Source: Peribolospora baueri (Eukaryota). From it: a stretch of DNA of 64,000 bases. Made by a program: the position numbers and the translations under genes. Numbering within the stretch: the stretch's first letter is position 1; the number at the start of each line of letters is the position of its first letter. The stretch is from NCBI GenBank assembly GCA_029717555.1, contig JAMDHS010000033.1, positions 124,001 through 188,000 of the forward strand. Reading direction: 5' to 3'. Of the stretch, positions 23,938 through 36,378 are shown one piece after another. The notes under the pieces were generated by a model that did not search any database, was not told where the DNA came from, and worked only from the letters and a program-made list of their open reading frames with translations.

Positions 23938-26450
23938 ATGGCCGTCTCGCAGACACTCCAAGAGGCGTCGATGGTAGCCTGCATCAGCGGCGTCACCCTT
24001 CTCTCCGTCTTTCTTTCCGGTGCTCTCACCATTTCTCTGCCTTCCATCGCTCAGAGCATCGACATCCCAGAGGATCAGCTTCAGTGGCCGTTGTCCATCT
24101 ACTCGCTCACCAATGGATGCTTCTTGCTCCTTGCCGGAGGCTTGGCGGACGTCCTTGGGAGGAAGCTGATGTTCCTCGTTGGCACGGTCTGGTTTTCAGG
24201 TAAGCACGAGCATCAGGCGAACGACGAGGCTGTCCTTCCCATCAATTCGGCTTTGCATCGTGATTGAACGACGGTTCTCTTCCACCGCCTTCCACAGTCT
24301 TCTCTCTCATCGCCTCTTTCGCCTCCAACTCCATCACGTTTATTGTCCTCGTTGGGCTTCTCGGCCTGGGTCCGGCCATGCTCTCTCCCGCTGCGGTGGG
24401 CATCCTCGGAAGCTACTTTCCGGACGGAAATAAGAAGAACAGAGCTTTTGCTGCTCTCGGTGCTGGTCAGGTGGGTATCGTACGCACTCCAGGATGATCC
24501 GGCTGCGGTGGACACCGGTGCATGAACGGCATAAGGCTGACTCTTTGAAGACACCTTTTCACGATGTCGTTTTTCAGCCCGTCGGTTTCATCGTTGGCCT
24601 GGTGAGGAGGCGTCGCATTGGTCTTGAAAGCGAACCTCTCTTGCAGCCTGTCCCTGAGGTGCACCGCAGCTTTCGTTAATGCTTCTCCGTTCCACTTTGC
24701 TGCACCGGAAGCTCGCAGGAGGTCTGTTTGCCCAGCTCCGGTGGCAAGCCATATTTTGGCTTGAAGCGGGCCTAGCAGCGATCTGCGCCTGCGTAGCATG
24801 GTTTTGCCTCTCCAGCGATTCTTCCTACCCGTCTTCCATCGAGGCGAGCGACGAGCCGGCGCAGCGAAATGGGAGGTATATATTGAAACAGCTGAGGACG
24901 TTTGATTGGGTCGGGAGCGCTCTCAGCACGTGCGGGCTCGTGTCGTTGACGTTTGCACTCGCGTCAGTTGCTGTGTAGGATCGATCCCTCGAGCGAGTTC
25001 AATTTGCACTGACCATGATGTTGCCGATGTGACAGTGACTCCCAATCGGCCCCACAAGGCTGGCGGACGCCCTACATCCCGGCCCTCCTCCCCACCTCCG
25101 CTCTCCTACTCGGTTCCTTCCTTTTCTGGGAGCGATCGAGGGAGAGGCGAGGTCTACGTGCACTGATGCCGTTCAGCATTTGGAGGTCCTATCGGTTCGG
25201 GTCGCTCATGGCTATCGTGCGTGCCGAGGGGACGACGTCGGTGTTCGCGCTTGTGGTGTGGCCACGCTCATACTCTTGCCCTTCGTTTCGTTTCTGCCTT
25301 CCCTCGCCGCTTCTTTCTTCCGAGCAGGTCTTCTTGAGCTGGGCGAGCTTCAACACGCTCACTTACTTCTCCACGTTTATGTACCAGGAAGTGCGTCGAC
25401 GGAGGGTCCGAGCTAGCGGCTATGCCTCCTTTGGCCCGCACTTTGATTTGTCTCTATTCTGTCGTCCCGCTCACGGTCATCCTTACTCCATATCAGATCC
25501 AACACCGCACGCCGCTCATGACCTCCGTCCTATACCTCCCCATGGTCGGCGCCGGCCTCCTGCTCAACTGTCTCGCAGCGCCGCTCACGGGCAGGACGAG
25601 CGTGCTGAAGCTGGTCGCCATTGGTCTGTTCGGAAGCATGGCCGGCTGTATTGTTTTTGCTTTGGTGAGTACGCGCGGGCGGGAGGGTTTGTTGAATTTT
25701 CGCGGAGTCGGGGCACGACCTGACGGAACTGGAACTTATTGATGCCATGCGACCGTACCCGTCGGTGTCGGTTTGTGCGCCAGCTCGAACCGAGTTCGAA
25801 CTATGGCCTCGGCATGTTCTGGGTCATGGTCCTCGCCGTCGGGCCCGATCTCTTGTGAGTGTGCACATGCAAATGGCCATGGCCTATCTATCCCATTCCC
25901 TCTGACGTTCTCCGCCCATGCGGATCGAGCAGCTTTTCGGCATGCAACATCATGTGTTGCAAGTCGGTCCCCAGCTCGCAGCAGGCTCTCGCCGGCTCGC
26001 TATTCAACACCAATATCAGGGTCAGTCGGCCTCTCTTTGTCTCTGTCTGTGTGTGTGGCCCGTTACGAGCGCTGACCTGCCCAACGAATGCAGATCGCCA
26101 CCTCGCTCGGCCTGGCCGTGTGCTCGACGGTATCGACAGCGGTCACGACGTCGTACGCGCGCGCACACCACATGGACGCTTCCTTGCCTGTTGCGCTGCT
26201 GGCAGGCTACCGGGCGGCGTCGTGGACGTGCTTGGGCGCGTCGGCGGTGGCGCTCGCGATCTCGCTCGTCTCACTTCGAGGCGTTGGCGTGGTGGGCAAG
26301 GTGAGGCCGTCGTCGGTGGTGAAGGACGACGGCGGGAACAACGATGGGGACGGGGAGGGCGTGAGGATGGACGTCGTGTCGGGCGGTGCTGAGGTGGGCA
26401 AGAGCTCGTCTGGACCGTCGACGACGACGGGCGAGGAGACATACGTGTGA
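23938..26450 (+). CDS. Major facilitator superfamily transporter, DHA2 / ATR1-like drug:H+ antiporter, about 10 exons
   Basis: Repeated hydrophobic helices; LQWPLSIYSLTNGCFLLLAGGLADVLGRK (MFS motif A), AFAALGAGQPVGFIVGL, FDWVGSAL, QQALAGSLFNT, LLAGYRAASW. The exons splice into an intact frame. Confidence 0.88.
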
Positions 26451-26841
26451 GGGGCGGGGGTTCGTTACGTGGGGGGGGGCGGCCTGGGAGGGGGAAGAAC
26501 CAAGTCCGACGGACGGGGCGCGAGCGCGGAGCGGGCGCGGCGGTACCGGTACGGGTACGGAAGCTGCTGAAGCGCGGCTGCGACGAGAAGGGGAGGGCTG
26601 AGATGTGGGGATAGTGAGTGGGGTCCATGGATGGCATCGTCATACTTACGGAGGAGGATCTGTTCGCTGTACGTTATTTTTCTTTGGCCTTTCTGTCTAC
26701 CTTGGCTTTCTTTTACGGCTTTCTTTTACGCGGATACCAAAAGAAGCAAGCGTTGAGAGTCGAGTCGCTTGCCGGTGGCGGTAGCGGCAGGCGGTGACGG
26801 TGTGGATTGGATTCCGGTTCGCCGGTTCGCGTTCCTGCATA

Positions 26842-27016
26842 TGTGTGTGTGTATGTATGTGTATGTATGTGATGTATGTGTGGTTGGCTGGAGAACGACG
26901 TGGCCGCGGACGGACGGAGACTGACACACACATCCGTCCATCGTCCACCGTCCATCGTCGTCGTCGTCATCGTCGCCATCACCACCGCCATCGCCACCAC
27001 CACCACCATCACCACC
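26842..27016. repeat. Microsatellite cluster: (TG/TGTA)n then (CAT/CGT/CAC)n upstream of creC
   Basis: Read directly: tgtgtgtgtgtatgtatgtgtatgtatgtg... and catcgtcgtcgtcgtcatcgtcgccatcaccaccgcc... Confidence 0.85.
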
Positions 27017-27265
27017 GGCGCCCCGATGCGGACGCCGCCCCGCTCGCTAGCCGGCGCTCAGCAATAGCTCGACTAGCGCACCCACCGTCTTCCTCCTCCT
27101 TCCATCCCTCCGTCCACCCCGCCCGCGTCCGCATCCGTCGTCCCATTTCCATCCCTCGGCTCGGCTCGATCACCAACCCGTCCATCTCCCACCGCCGCCG
27201 TCGTCCCCTCTTCCTCTTCCTCTTCCCACCACCCACGCACCTCCCTTCCTCGCCGCCTCTTGACC

Positions 27266-30200
27266 ATGCTCGGCGATGGCCACGAAGGACCGGAACCCGA
27301 CCCGAACAGCTTCGTGCGTCCCTCTCGCTCCCATCCGTCGTCGTTCCCCCGACCGCCGGCCAGCCGAGCCCGCTCGCTCACGTCTTTTCTTCTCTGCCTC
27401 TCTCACCCCCGCAGCTCGCCCCCGAAGGTCGCTACTCGCTCGCGTCCGACTCCATCCCCCCCTTCGTCCTTCTTCCTGGCGCCGCCATCCCCCCCGGCTA
27501 CTCTGGCGCCCACTTCTCCACCGCCTCCGTAAAGTACCCCGCGCCCAAGGCGCCCAAGGCAAGGGGAAAGGAGAGGGACTGGGAAAAGGCCCGCGATAGG
27601 GCGGCCAAGGAGCGAGAGAAGGAGGAGCGGGGCAGGGAGAAGCGGGAGGAGAAGGAGAGGAAGGACAGAGAGAAGAGGGCCAAGAGCAGGGACAAGGCCC
27701 GCCAAAAGTCCTCCCGCGCGTCTCCACCACCCCCCGCATCGCAATCGCAACCAACCGAGGACGACAACGCCTCGGACGGCCGCGACACCAGCGATCGCAG
27801 CACCGCCGGCGAAGGTGTCACGAACGGCGGCGCAGGAGGCACACAACGCCCGCCGTCCACGCCTCACATCGACATCCCGCCCGGCGGATTCCCTGCTGGT
27901 GGTGGTGGTGCCGGCGGCGGCGCTGGCTTCTCGTTCTCCACTGCCGCCACGTCCCCATCCACCACCGCCGCCGCCGCCATATCTCCTCGCCAACACCCGG
28001 GCTCCCCTGATGCCATTGGCACGCCTACGCCCACCGGCGCCAACGCCCACCGCCCCTTCTTCTCGACCGCCCTGCCCATGTCGCCCACCCGTCCCGTGCG
28101 CTCTTTCTCCTTCTCTCTCGCCTCCCCCATCTCCTCCACAGCCACCGCCGCCTCCTCCTCCTCTGCCTCCTCCTCCCGCCCCAAATCCAACGCCCGCACC
28201 ACTTCCTCCACCTTTGTCAACCGCATCACCACCGCCGATCATCTCGCCAAGGCCCTCGTTGCGAGGACGGACGAGGATGTGTTTGTCTTTGTCGGCCATG
28301 GCAGGAGCTTCTACTGGCTCGATGGCTTGTGCGGGTCCAGACGACGACATCACACTGGTGGCCAAGGAGGCGGGGAAGGACGACCGAGCGAGGAGGGAAA
28401 AGGAGGGGAGGGAGAGGGCGAAGGAGCGAAGATGGAGGACAAGGGCAAAGAGAGGGAAAAGGATGTCTCCTCGGCCGACAAATCTTCTTCCTCCTCCTTG
28501 AACAACCCCTCCTCCGCACCAACGACGACGACCAGCGTAGCAATAGCAGGCCCCACGGGCGGCAGCTTGGTCTCCTCTACAACCCCCACTCCCATCGCCG
28601 CCGCCGCCGCCGCCGCCGCCTCTACCTCCATCGCATCCTCCTCAGCCATCTCCTCCGCTCCAGCAACACTTCGAAAGGACCCACAAAGCCTAGCAAAAGT
28701 CACATTCGCCGCCTTTCCCACATGCCATGATGTCAATCAGGCTACGAAGAGTTATGAGAGGCTGGATGTTATTATTGGATTTTCTACTGGAGATTTGGTG
28801 TGGTTTGGTGGGTGTTTGTCCCGCGTTGGAATTTGTTTTTTCTTTTCTTTTCGTGTTGACCTCCTCTCTTCGTTTCCTTCACTCATTTTCTCTCTTCATT
28901 TGCAGATCCCATGTGCCTCAAGTACGCCCGTTTCAACAAGGGCGGCTGCATCACCTCGTCTCCCTGCGTATCCGTTCGGTGGCTCCCCGGCTCGGAAAAC
29001 GTGTTCCTCGTCGCCCATCAGGACGGTACGATGTTCATGTATGACAAGGACCGCGACGACCCGGACCCGGGCAAATTTAAATTTGTGCCGAGAGATACCA
29101 CTTGGACGACCACAGTGACAGTGCCCACCCACGTCACCTCTTCTGTCGGTGGTAGTGGCGGCGGCGGCGTCGGCGGAGGAGGCGGAGACGACACGTACGT
29201 CGCCGTCGCCCTCGACGCACCTCGCATGGCCACCCAACCGAGCAACCAGTCCTCTTCTTCCTCCTCCACCTCCTCCGCCGCCGATCTCGGTCTCGCCTCG
29301 ACGATGCTACCACCAGCATCAGCACCAGCGCCGGCGCCGCCTCCCGCTCTTTCCCTCGCGTCTCATCCGCCTCCCGATCGCGGTTCGCTCGGCGATCCGA
29401 GGCAGGGCACCGCGCCCGGTACGCTAGCCAGCAGTCTCGCCGGATTGGCCATTAGCGTCAGGGGAGGTACCAAGGCGAGCGCAGGGATGGAGCGCAGTGC
29501 CAGTGCCGGTGCCAGCGGCAGCGGCAGCGGTGATGCGATTGCGCCTGCGTCTTCTGAAGGAGCTTTCGTTCCACCCGCTGCGTCGTCGTCCATCGTTCCC
29601 ACCGCTGCCTCGTCGTCCATCGCTCCCACCACCACGCCTCCGCCCGTGACAACACCTAGATCCCCGAGGTTGATGCCTCTGCCCGGTCGCAAAACATCGA
29701 ACTTTTCCATCAACTCGGCCACTTCCTCCGACGGTGGCAGCGGCAGCGGCGGCGGCGCCGCATCTGCGTCCGCCCCGGGAGGAGTCGCCGGTGGTCATCT
29801 CGTCGTCTCGGAGGAGTGGGACGACTTGGCCACTATTCTCGTCACTCGACCCGGCGGTGGCCCGTCATGGCTCGATGGCACCACAGCCGTCGGCGTCGGC
29901 GTCGGCGGCGGCGGCTCCGCTTCCCTTTCCTCGACCGATTCTTCCCTGCCCCGCTCCATGTCCCCTCCGCCCTCTGCATCCGCCTTCTCTCCAACGACGG
30001 CCAAGTTCTCTTCCTCGAAGGAGGCAAAGGAGGCAAGGGCGCGTGAGGGAAGGGAGGCAAAGGAAGCCGCCGCCGCGAACCGGTGCAACCCCATCAGCCA
30101 CTGGAGGCTCTCTCGACGCGCCATCACCGGTTTCGCCCTTGGCCCGGACATGCAGACCGTCGCTGTCGTCGGAGAGGACGGAAAGCTGAGGATTGTCGAC

Positions 30201-31300
30201 GTCTTGCGGGAGAAGTGAGAGTTGGCTCCTGTTAACCAACCGATCGCGGTTGGCCTTATCGTTCTGACAAGCACCGCTCTGTTGCCACTTTTCGATACCC
30301 TCCCTCTTCCGGCTTCACAGACTCCTCGACTCGTTCAGCTCGTATTTTGGCGGGCTCACCTGCGTCTGCTGGTCTCCCGACGGCCGATATGTCCTTGTGA
30401 GCTTCCCCAGTCCGCTTCCCGTGACTTTGTAAGACGGAGGGCTAACCTTTCCCTCATCCGTCCGTCCGTCCGTCCGTCTGCTTTTTTTTGACGAAATACA
30501 CAGACCGGCGGCCAGGACGACCTGATTAGCATCTTCTGCCCCGCCGAGCGCCGCCTCGTCGCGCGATGCCAAGGACACTGCTCCTTCGTCACTGGCGTCG
30601 CCTTCGACCCATGGCGGCACGGACAGCCGAGGTCGGACGCACAGGATGACGAGCTGACGTACAGGTTTGGAAGCGTGGGCGAGGACTGTAATCTCATTCT
30701 TGTATGTCTCCTGCTTTTTCACTCTCGGCGCCATTAGTCCCACGCACGCTGAATTTTTTTTTTTTTTGCTCCTTCGCCGCCTGCCAGTGGGATTTCGCGC
30801 CTGGCGCCCTTCCCCCACCACCTTCATCGTCTTCAAAGGCATCGCGAAGCAACGGCGTCTCCGTCCCAAACTCGCGTCGAGCGTCCCCGCTGCATTCCAA
30901 TTACCACCCGCCCCCGTCTCGAGCAGAGGTACCGACACTCGAACCCGTCATGGTAAAATACATCGACGGAGACTTGCTCACTAGCCTCGAGTTCCGAGTA
31001 GACGTTATCGTCACCGCCGATCGTGCCGGAGCGATCAAGACTTGGAAGAGGCCGACACCCCCGGATGGTGCAGCCGGTCTTGGCCGCGTGGGCTCCGCCG
31101 CGCAGGATCACTGGCAGCCGGCGGAAGTGGACATGCAGCCGGAGCAGGAGCACGAGCGGCAGGATCCAAAGGAGCAGCAGGAGCAGCAGGGCAAGCCCAA
31201 CGGCGTGGTACGGGAGCACGAAAGCGCCGCGCACGATGATGACGACGGCGACGCCGACGAGCTCTCTCAACCCAACGCGCGCAAGATCGGCGTGTCTTGA
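27266..31300 (+). CDS. creC: WD40 protein CreC / WDR20-DMWD family (deubiquitinase cofactor, carbon catabolite repression), 6 exons, large low-complexity inserts
   Basis: Exon 1 (27266-27313) splices to LAPEGRY. Also [97 protein letters not shown]. Confidence 0.88.
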
Positions 31301-31663
31301 GTGGGGCCACGCTATCTTGGCCTTATTCTCTCATTTCGACCGACTCGGTCGAGCCGAGCCGAGCCGAGCGGGGTCGAACCGACGGAAGGATGGACGGATG
31401 GATGAGACTTTGTTTGTTTGTGTTTTTGTCGAACCTGCATCGTACACGCCACGCCCCTTTCCTTTCTCCCCTTTCGTCGTCGCCTTGGTAGTATGCAGTG
31501 CAGCCTCGGGCCTCGAGGTCGTGCGTTGAGTTTCTCTTCGATTTACGGTTACACGGCACGGTACTTTTCAGGACGGTCCGACGTGGTTGGTTTCGTCTCT
31601 CGAACCATCATCGTGACATTGCAATCAATGTAGAAGCAAAACGCAGGATTACTACTACTACGA

Positions 31664-34600
31664 CTACACCTCCGAGGCCGCCGACGGTACCGCGCCGCCG
31701 CCGCCCTCAGAAGGCTCCGGCGGCTCCTGCGGCTCTGGAGGCTCCGGTTGGTGTTGAGTGCCAACCACCTCTCTCTCACCCGCGCCTTCTTCGTTTTGAG
31801 CAGCCGCTTCTGCTTCCACTTCCACTTCCGCTTTCGCTTCGTTTTCCGCTTCCCCTCCCACTGCTTCTCCTCCTGCTTTCGCCACTGCTTCCCCTCCTGC
31901 TTTCGCACCCGCTTCCCCGCCCGCTTCCTCACCCGCTTTCGCTCCGCTTTCCACCTCCGCTTGCACTACCGCTTGCACTCTCGCTTTCGCTCCCTCTTCC
32001 CCCCGCGTTCCTGCTCCAGCCTCCTTCGACGCTCGAGGCGAGGAGGACAGAGAAGGTCGTGATTCGGCGCCGCCGCTCCGTCTTGGCGGAGGCTGCGTGG
32101 GCACCTTGTTCGCCGCGATTCGCTCCAGTTCCTCCGAGTTGAACTCGAGCTGCTTGAGCTCGGCCAGCTTGCGCTTCAGGTAGGCCACGTCCTGCTGCAT
32201 GCGCTCCTTGCCCTCTTCCGACTTTACCTCAATCTTCTTCAGCTCATCGCACAGACGCAATCGGACCGCTTCGAAGACCTGGCCCATGACGAGCTGCAGA
32301 ACGGAGGAAAAGGGCTGATGAGCCTAAGGGAAAACGGACGAAGACATTTAAACAGAGGGAGTCGACAGACCCCTTTTGGCTTACCTCGAACGCCTGCTGG
32401 CCCACGTACTTGGACAGCACCTTGTGCAACGTCGCCGTCTCCTTGACTATGGATTCCATGTAACTGTGAGCGCCACCTTTTCGAACATTCGGGTCTTCCC
32501 AATCGACAGCCTGTGGAGAGGCAGCTTGGATGGTTAGACATGCTGCGTCTGCGTCCGACGACGACGTAGTCAATGCGACAGTATGGTTCCCTGTGGGACT
32601 CACGCGCAAAGAGCGACAGTGGATTGTCAGACGGTCGCCCATGATCATGACCAGCTTTGCATGGATCTCGTACTGATGTTCTTGGTAGTCCTAAAAATGC
32701 AAGTAACGCGTCAGTCGAGCCTAAGCGTAATCGAACCACTTCCGTTAAGACCTGCTGCATAGCGTGACTCACTCGCTTGAGCTTGTCAAACTCGACGAGC
32801 ATGACAGCCTGCTTGGGGTTCAAATGCCGTCTAATCGTCTCGCGAACGTAGGGTATAAGGGATATCATTACCGAAAGCGACTGGGAGGCGAGGGCTGCCA
32901 CGGCCAGGAAAACGAAAAAGACTCATCAGCTGGTCGAACCGAAAGAATTCAGCAATCCTCTCGGGTTTAAAGAGACATTCGACCTACCCAGGTGCTTCGC
33001 CGTGATATTCTTCAGACCAGCCGAGCGCATCGCGCCGGCACCTAGAACAACTTGACAAGCACGAGAGTTGAACGCCTGCACAAAGAAGGATGCCATCCTA
33101 GGTCAACGCCATGGACACCGGAAGCAAGTCGTTATCTCCGCCATTCTCTCACCTTCATAAACTCGATGACCCTGCTCATGGCCTCGGTGGTCAGGAGTGG
33201 CAGGTTCATGACCAGCTTGACGTACTCGACCAACAGGCGCAATGTGTGTACGGTGGCGTTCACGACGAAGTAGGACCGGTCCTCGATGTCGAGCTGCTTG
33301 CTGGAAGACTTTGCTGCTCCCCCTCCTTCTTCCTTCCCGCCGCCACCATTCACCGCTCGCGTTTCCGTCGGGCGGCCGTCCACATCGAGCAGGAGCTCCT
33401 GGGGATCTTTGACGGCTGCCTCGACGAGCAGGTCAACGGCGTGTTGGGCATCGGCGGGCACCTCTGCTTGCGCCCACTGGTCGTCTTCGACTGCCTTGGC
33501 CGCAGAAGAGACCCTGTTGGAATGGAAAGAGGCGAGGAACGCCTTGGCCTTCACGAACGCGTGTGGTCAACGACAGTATTTCAGCTTACTTTCACGCAGG
33601 CGCTTGAGGGGACTACAGCCCGTTCGCATCCGACGACCTACCTGCGTGACCATGGTACCCCGGAGTCCAACAAGCATTCTCCGACAAATGATCTCGCACT
33701 CGATGACAAACTTCCAACTCTCGTTAAAGATGGCCAGAAAGTCCTCGAGACCCAAGCTGGCGTGCTGGTCGGTCCGCACGCCGACAACCTTTGAGGCGCG
33801 CATGTTGCCCAACTCTGCTGCTGCGTGCACGAGGCCGGTGAGCTCTGCAGAGAAGGAGGACAGGGAGGAAGCGGGGAAAGGCAAGGTCGAGGAACCCCTG
33901 CACGACGGGTGTGCAATGGACCGGACCGTGAGAGACGAGGAGGACGCGTCAGTTGGACGGCCTCTGTTTAAAATGACTGCCATCCTGCTACGGTCAGAGG
34001 GAGGTCCTCACGAGATCTGCTCCAAGATCTGCGAAATCGTCTTTCCATGCTGCTCGATGGCCTTGACGCAACGAAGCAAGCCTGCATACGTCTCCTTTGC
34101 GAGACGAAGAAAGCTGGCATGATCCATGGCGCGCAGGGTGCGTGCCAAGCTCGCACTGAAGCGACGAGCGGGTGCGAAACCGAGACGAGATGCACGGTCA
34201 GTCAACGACAACGACGAAAACCGGGTCGTGTCACCGCACGAGAGAGTACGAGCTACGATGCACTCACCTTTTTTCGCTCACGCTCCTTTCCGCTTTCGGC
34301 CCGCCGGCTGCCTCGTCCGTCTCGAGCTGATCATAAGCAGGCAGGTGCAACTTGATGACGCCCTTGACCTCCTTGAGTGCAGCATCACGGTACGCTCGAA
34401 GCGCTGCGTCCAAGCCGCCCGTTCGGATGAGACCTTCGACGAGAGAAAAAATCCGGCTGCGAAGTCGTTCGTCTCGCTCGCCAATAGTAGGTCTTGACGT
34501 GTCCAACGGCGAAGTAGGACTGCCATTCCTCGCGGAACTGGGACTGAGAGGCGGTCGAGGCGAAGTCGGCGGCACATAAAGAGTAGAGGAGATGCTAGAT

Positions 34601-36378
34601 CGCTTGATATGCGTAACATCCATTCGCTGCGGAGCCCCTGGTACGGCAGCGTTGGCGCGCGGGCTGGCAGGTAGTATGTCGGTGTGGTCTATCGATTGAG
34701 GCGGAATGGCCTCCACGCGATCCTTGATGTCGGCTACCAGGGCTGCGATCATCTCTTGCTCGAAGAAGCTGGCGATGGTGAGGGAGAAAGCGTTGAGCTG
34801 TGGAGGGATGGAGGCCAGCGCCCGAAGAGCGGAGAGGTCCAGCTCTTCCTCTTGCTCCTCTTTTCGCTGGCCAAGAGTGGACGCGGCAGAGACGGTCGTG
34901 GCGGCCGACGTCGCTGTGGTGGCTGACGTCGACAGCGTGTTGCGAGATGACACGGAAAGCGACGAGGACGTGCGTTTGTCGCCGTTCAAAGATCGGACAT
35001 CTGTCGAAGAGCGGCTCGCAATCTCGCCCTCCTCGTCCTCTGCGATCGTGCCCGTCGTCCTACCTGCGCGCTGGTCGCTCACGCTCTGCTTCCCGCCACG
35101 TTCGGACGGTGGCTTTATAGCTTCCCGGACCTCCTCGAGGAGCTCAAGCGCATCGAAGTATTCTCCTTGCGCGAGGAGCTCGCCGATCATGTCTCTCCTC
35201 TCCACCAACTCTGCCACGCTCTTCGCCGCTCGACTGACACGCCTCCTCTCCCTCCTCTTCGCCTGACGAAGGATGATTTTCATCCCCTTCCTCGCCTGTC
35301 CGTCGTCGACTTTGCGCAGTTCCGTCCGTAACTGAGCAATCTTGGAGAGACACTCGGCCGCCTCGGCCTGAAGGTCTTGCAAATTCTCGACGGCGGCGAA
35401 AAAGGAAGAGGAGCGCAGGCCGATTTCTCGAATGAGATGCTGCTCGGCGACGTCTGCGTAATGAGAAAGCTTTTCTTGGAGGGAAAGGTCGAGGGTGAAA
35501 TCTGGTCGTTGGGAAGGGAGGGCGTTGGGAGATGGGGGTGCGGTCGGATCTGACTTGAGTGGCGACTGTTCGGTGACGGCGTCGAACGTGAAAGGGTTGC
35601 CCAAATTGAAGTCTTCAGAGAAGAAGACTTGAGGTATGTCGCTGAGAGGCGGCAGCTCTTTCGCCGGCGCCTTGCCCTGCCCCGAGTCGTCCTCCTCTCC
35701 TTCCGCCGCCGCGGGCCTCGCTACGGAGCCTCCGTGGCTCCCCGTCGTCGCGTGCAACCGAGCCTGACCTCCTCGACCGAGTCTGGTATTTCGTACAAAA
35801 CGATCGTACTCAGGTGCCACGGAGGCGAGGTACGCTTCAAAGTCCTTTCGTCGAAGCCTGGGTATGTCCGTCGGGGGGACCGGCGGGAGGGGGTGTTTGG
35901 AATGGGTGATGGGATTTGCTCGCTTCTTGGGGTTATTGAGCACGGTTGAGATGCCTGCAAAGACGAGGACGAGTTGGAAGAACGACGTCTCGGTCACCTT
36001 CGAAGCAAGGTTGGGCTTCCTCGCTGGTTGGTTCGACCCGATGTACTCACCGTTAAAGCCAGCGGGCCCAGCGCTCGACAGCGGAGCTCCGAGAGCGCCC
36101 AAATTCAGCTGGCTCATGCCTGCAGAACCGGTGGCGGCATACAGAGTGGAGCTGACGGACTCGTTGAGATCGACCGAGCTGCCCGCCATGCTCCTGCTCG
36201 AATGGGGCATCCTGCTTCCGGCAGGCAAGTTGAAGCGCGGCAGCCTGGACGAGGGGCCCACCTCGAGGTCGGCGAGCTCGTCGCCAGAGAAGACGGATGA
36301 GGCCGGCGAGGCGGGCATGCCTGGCGAGCCGGGAGACATGGGCGACGGCGCCGGTACGGCGGAGGAGTTGCTAGACAT
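31664..36378 (-). CDS. VPS54: GARP complex subunit Vps54, multi-exon
   Basis: ISTVLNNP, FFSEDFNLGNPFTF, LQEKLSHYADVAEQHLIREIGLRSSSFFAAVENLQDL, FVIECEIICRRMLVGLRG, RTCQVVLGAGAMRSAGLKNITAKHL, DYQEHQYEIHAKL, VKETATLHKVLSKY. Confidence 0.93.
31815..32010 (-). repeat. Degenerate coding tandem repeat (AKAGGEA / EAE) in the Vps54 C-terminal tail
   Basis: Translation GAKAGEEAGGEAGAKAGGEAVAKAGGEAVGGEA; repeated ctcctgctttcgc units on the plus strand. Confidence 0.75.

Noticed and set aside
26641..26655. ATACTTAC resembling the U1 snRNA 5' end
   Set aside because: It continues GG rather than CTGG, and no U1 stem-loops or Sm site are visible.
26794..27265. His/Arg-rich N-terminus of the 774-aa ORF (HHHRHRHHHHHHH)
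   Set aside because: It is translated microsatellite with a GTG start. The real creC start is ATG 27266 in another frame, joined by intron 27314-27414.
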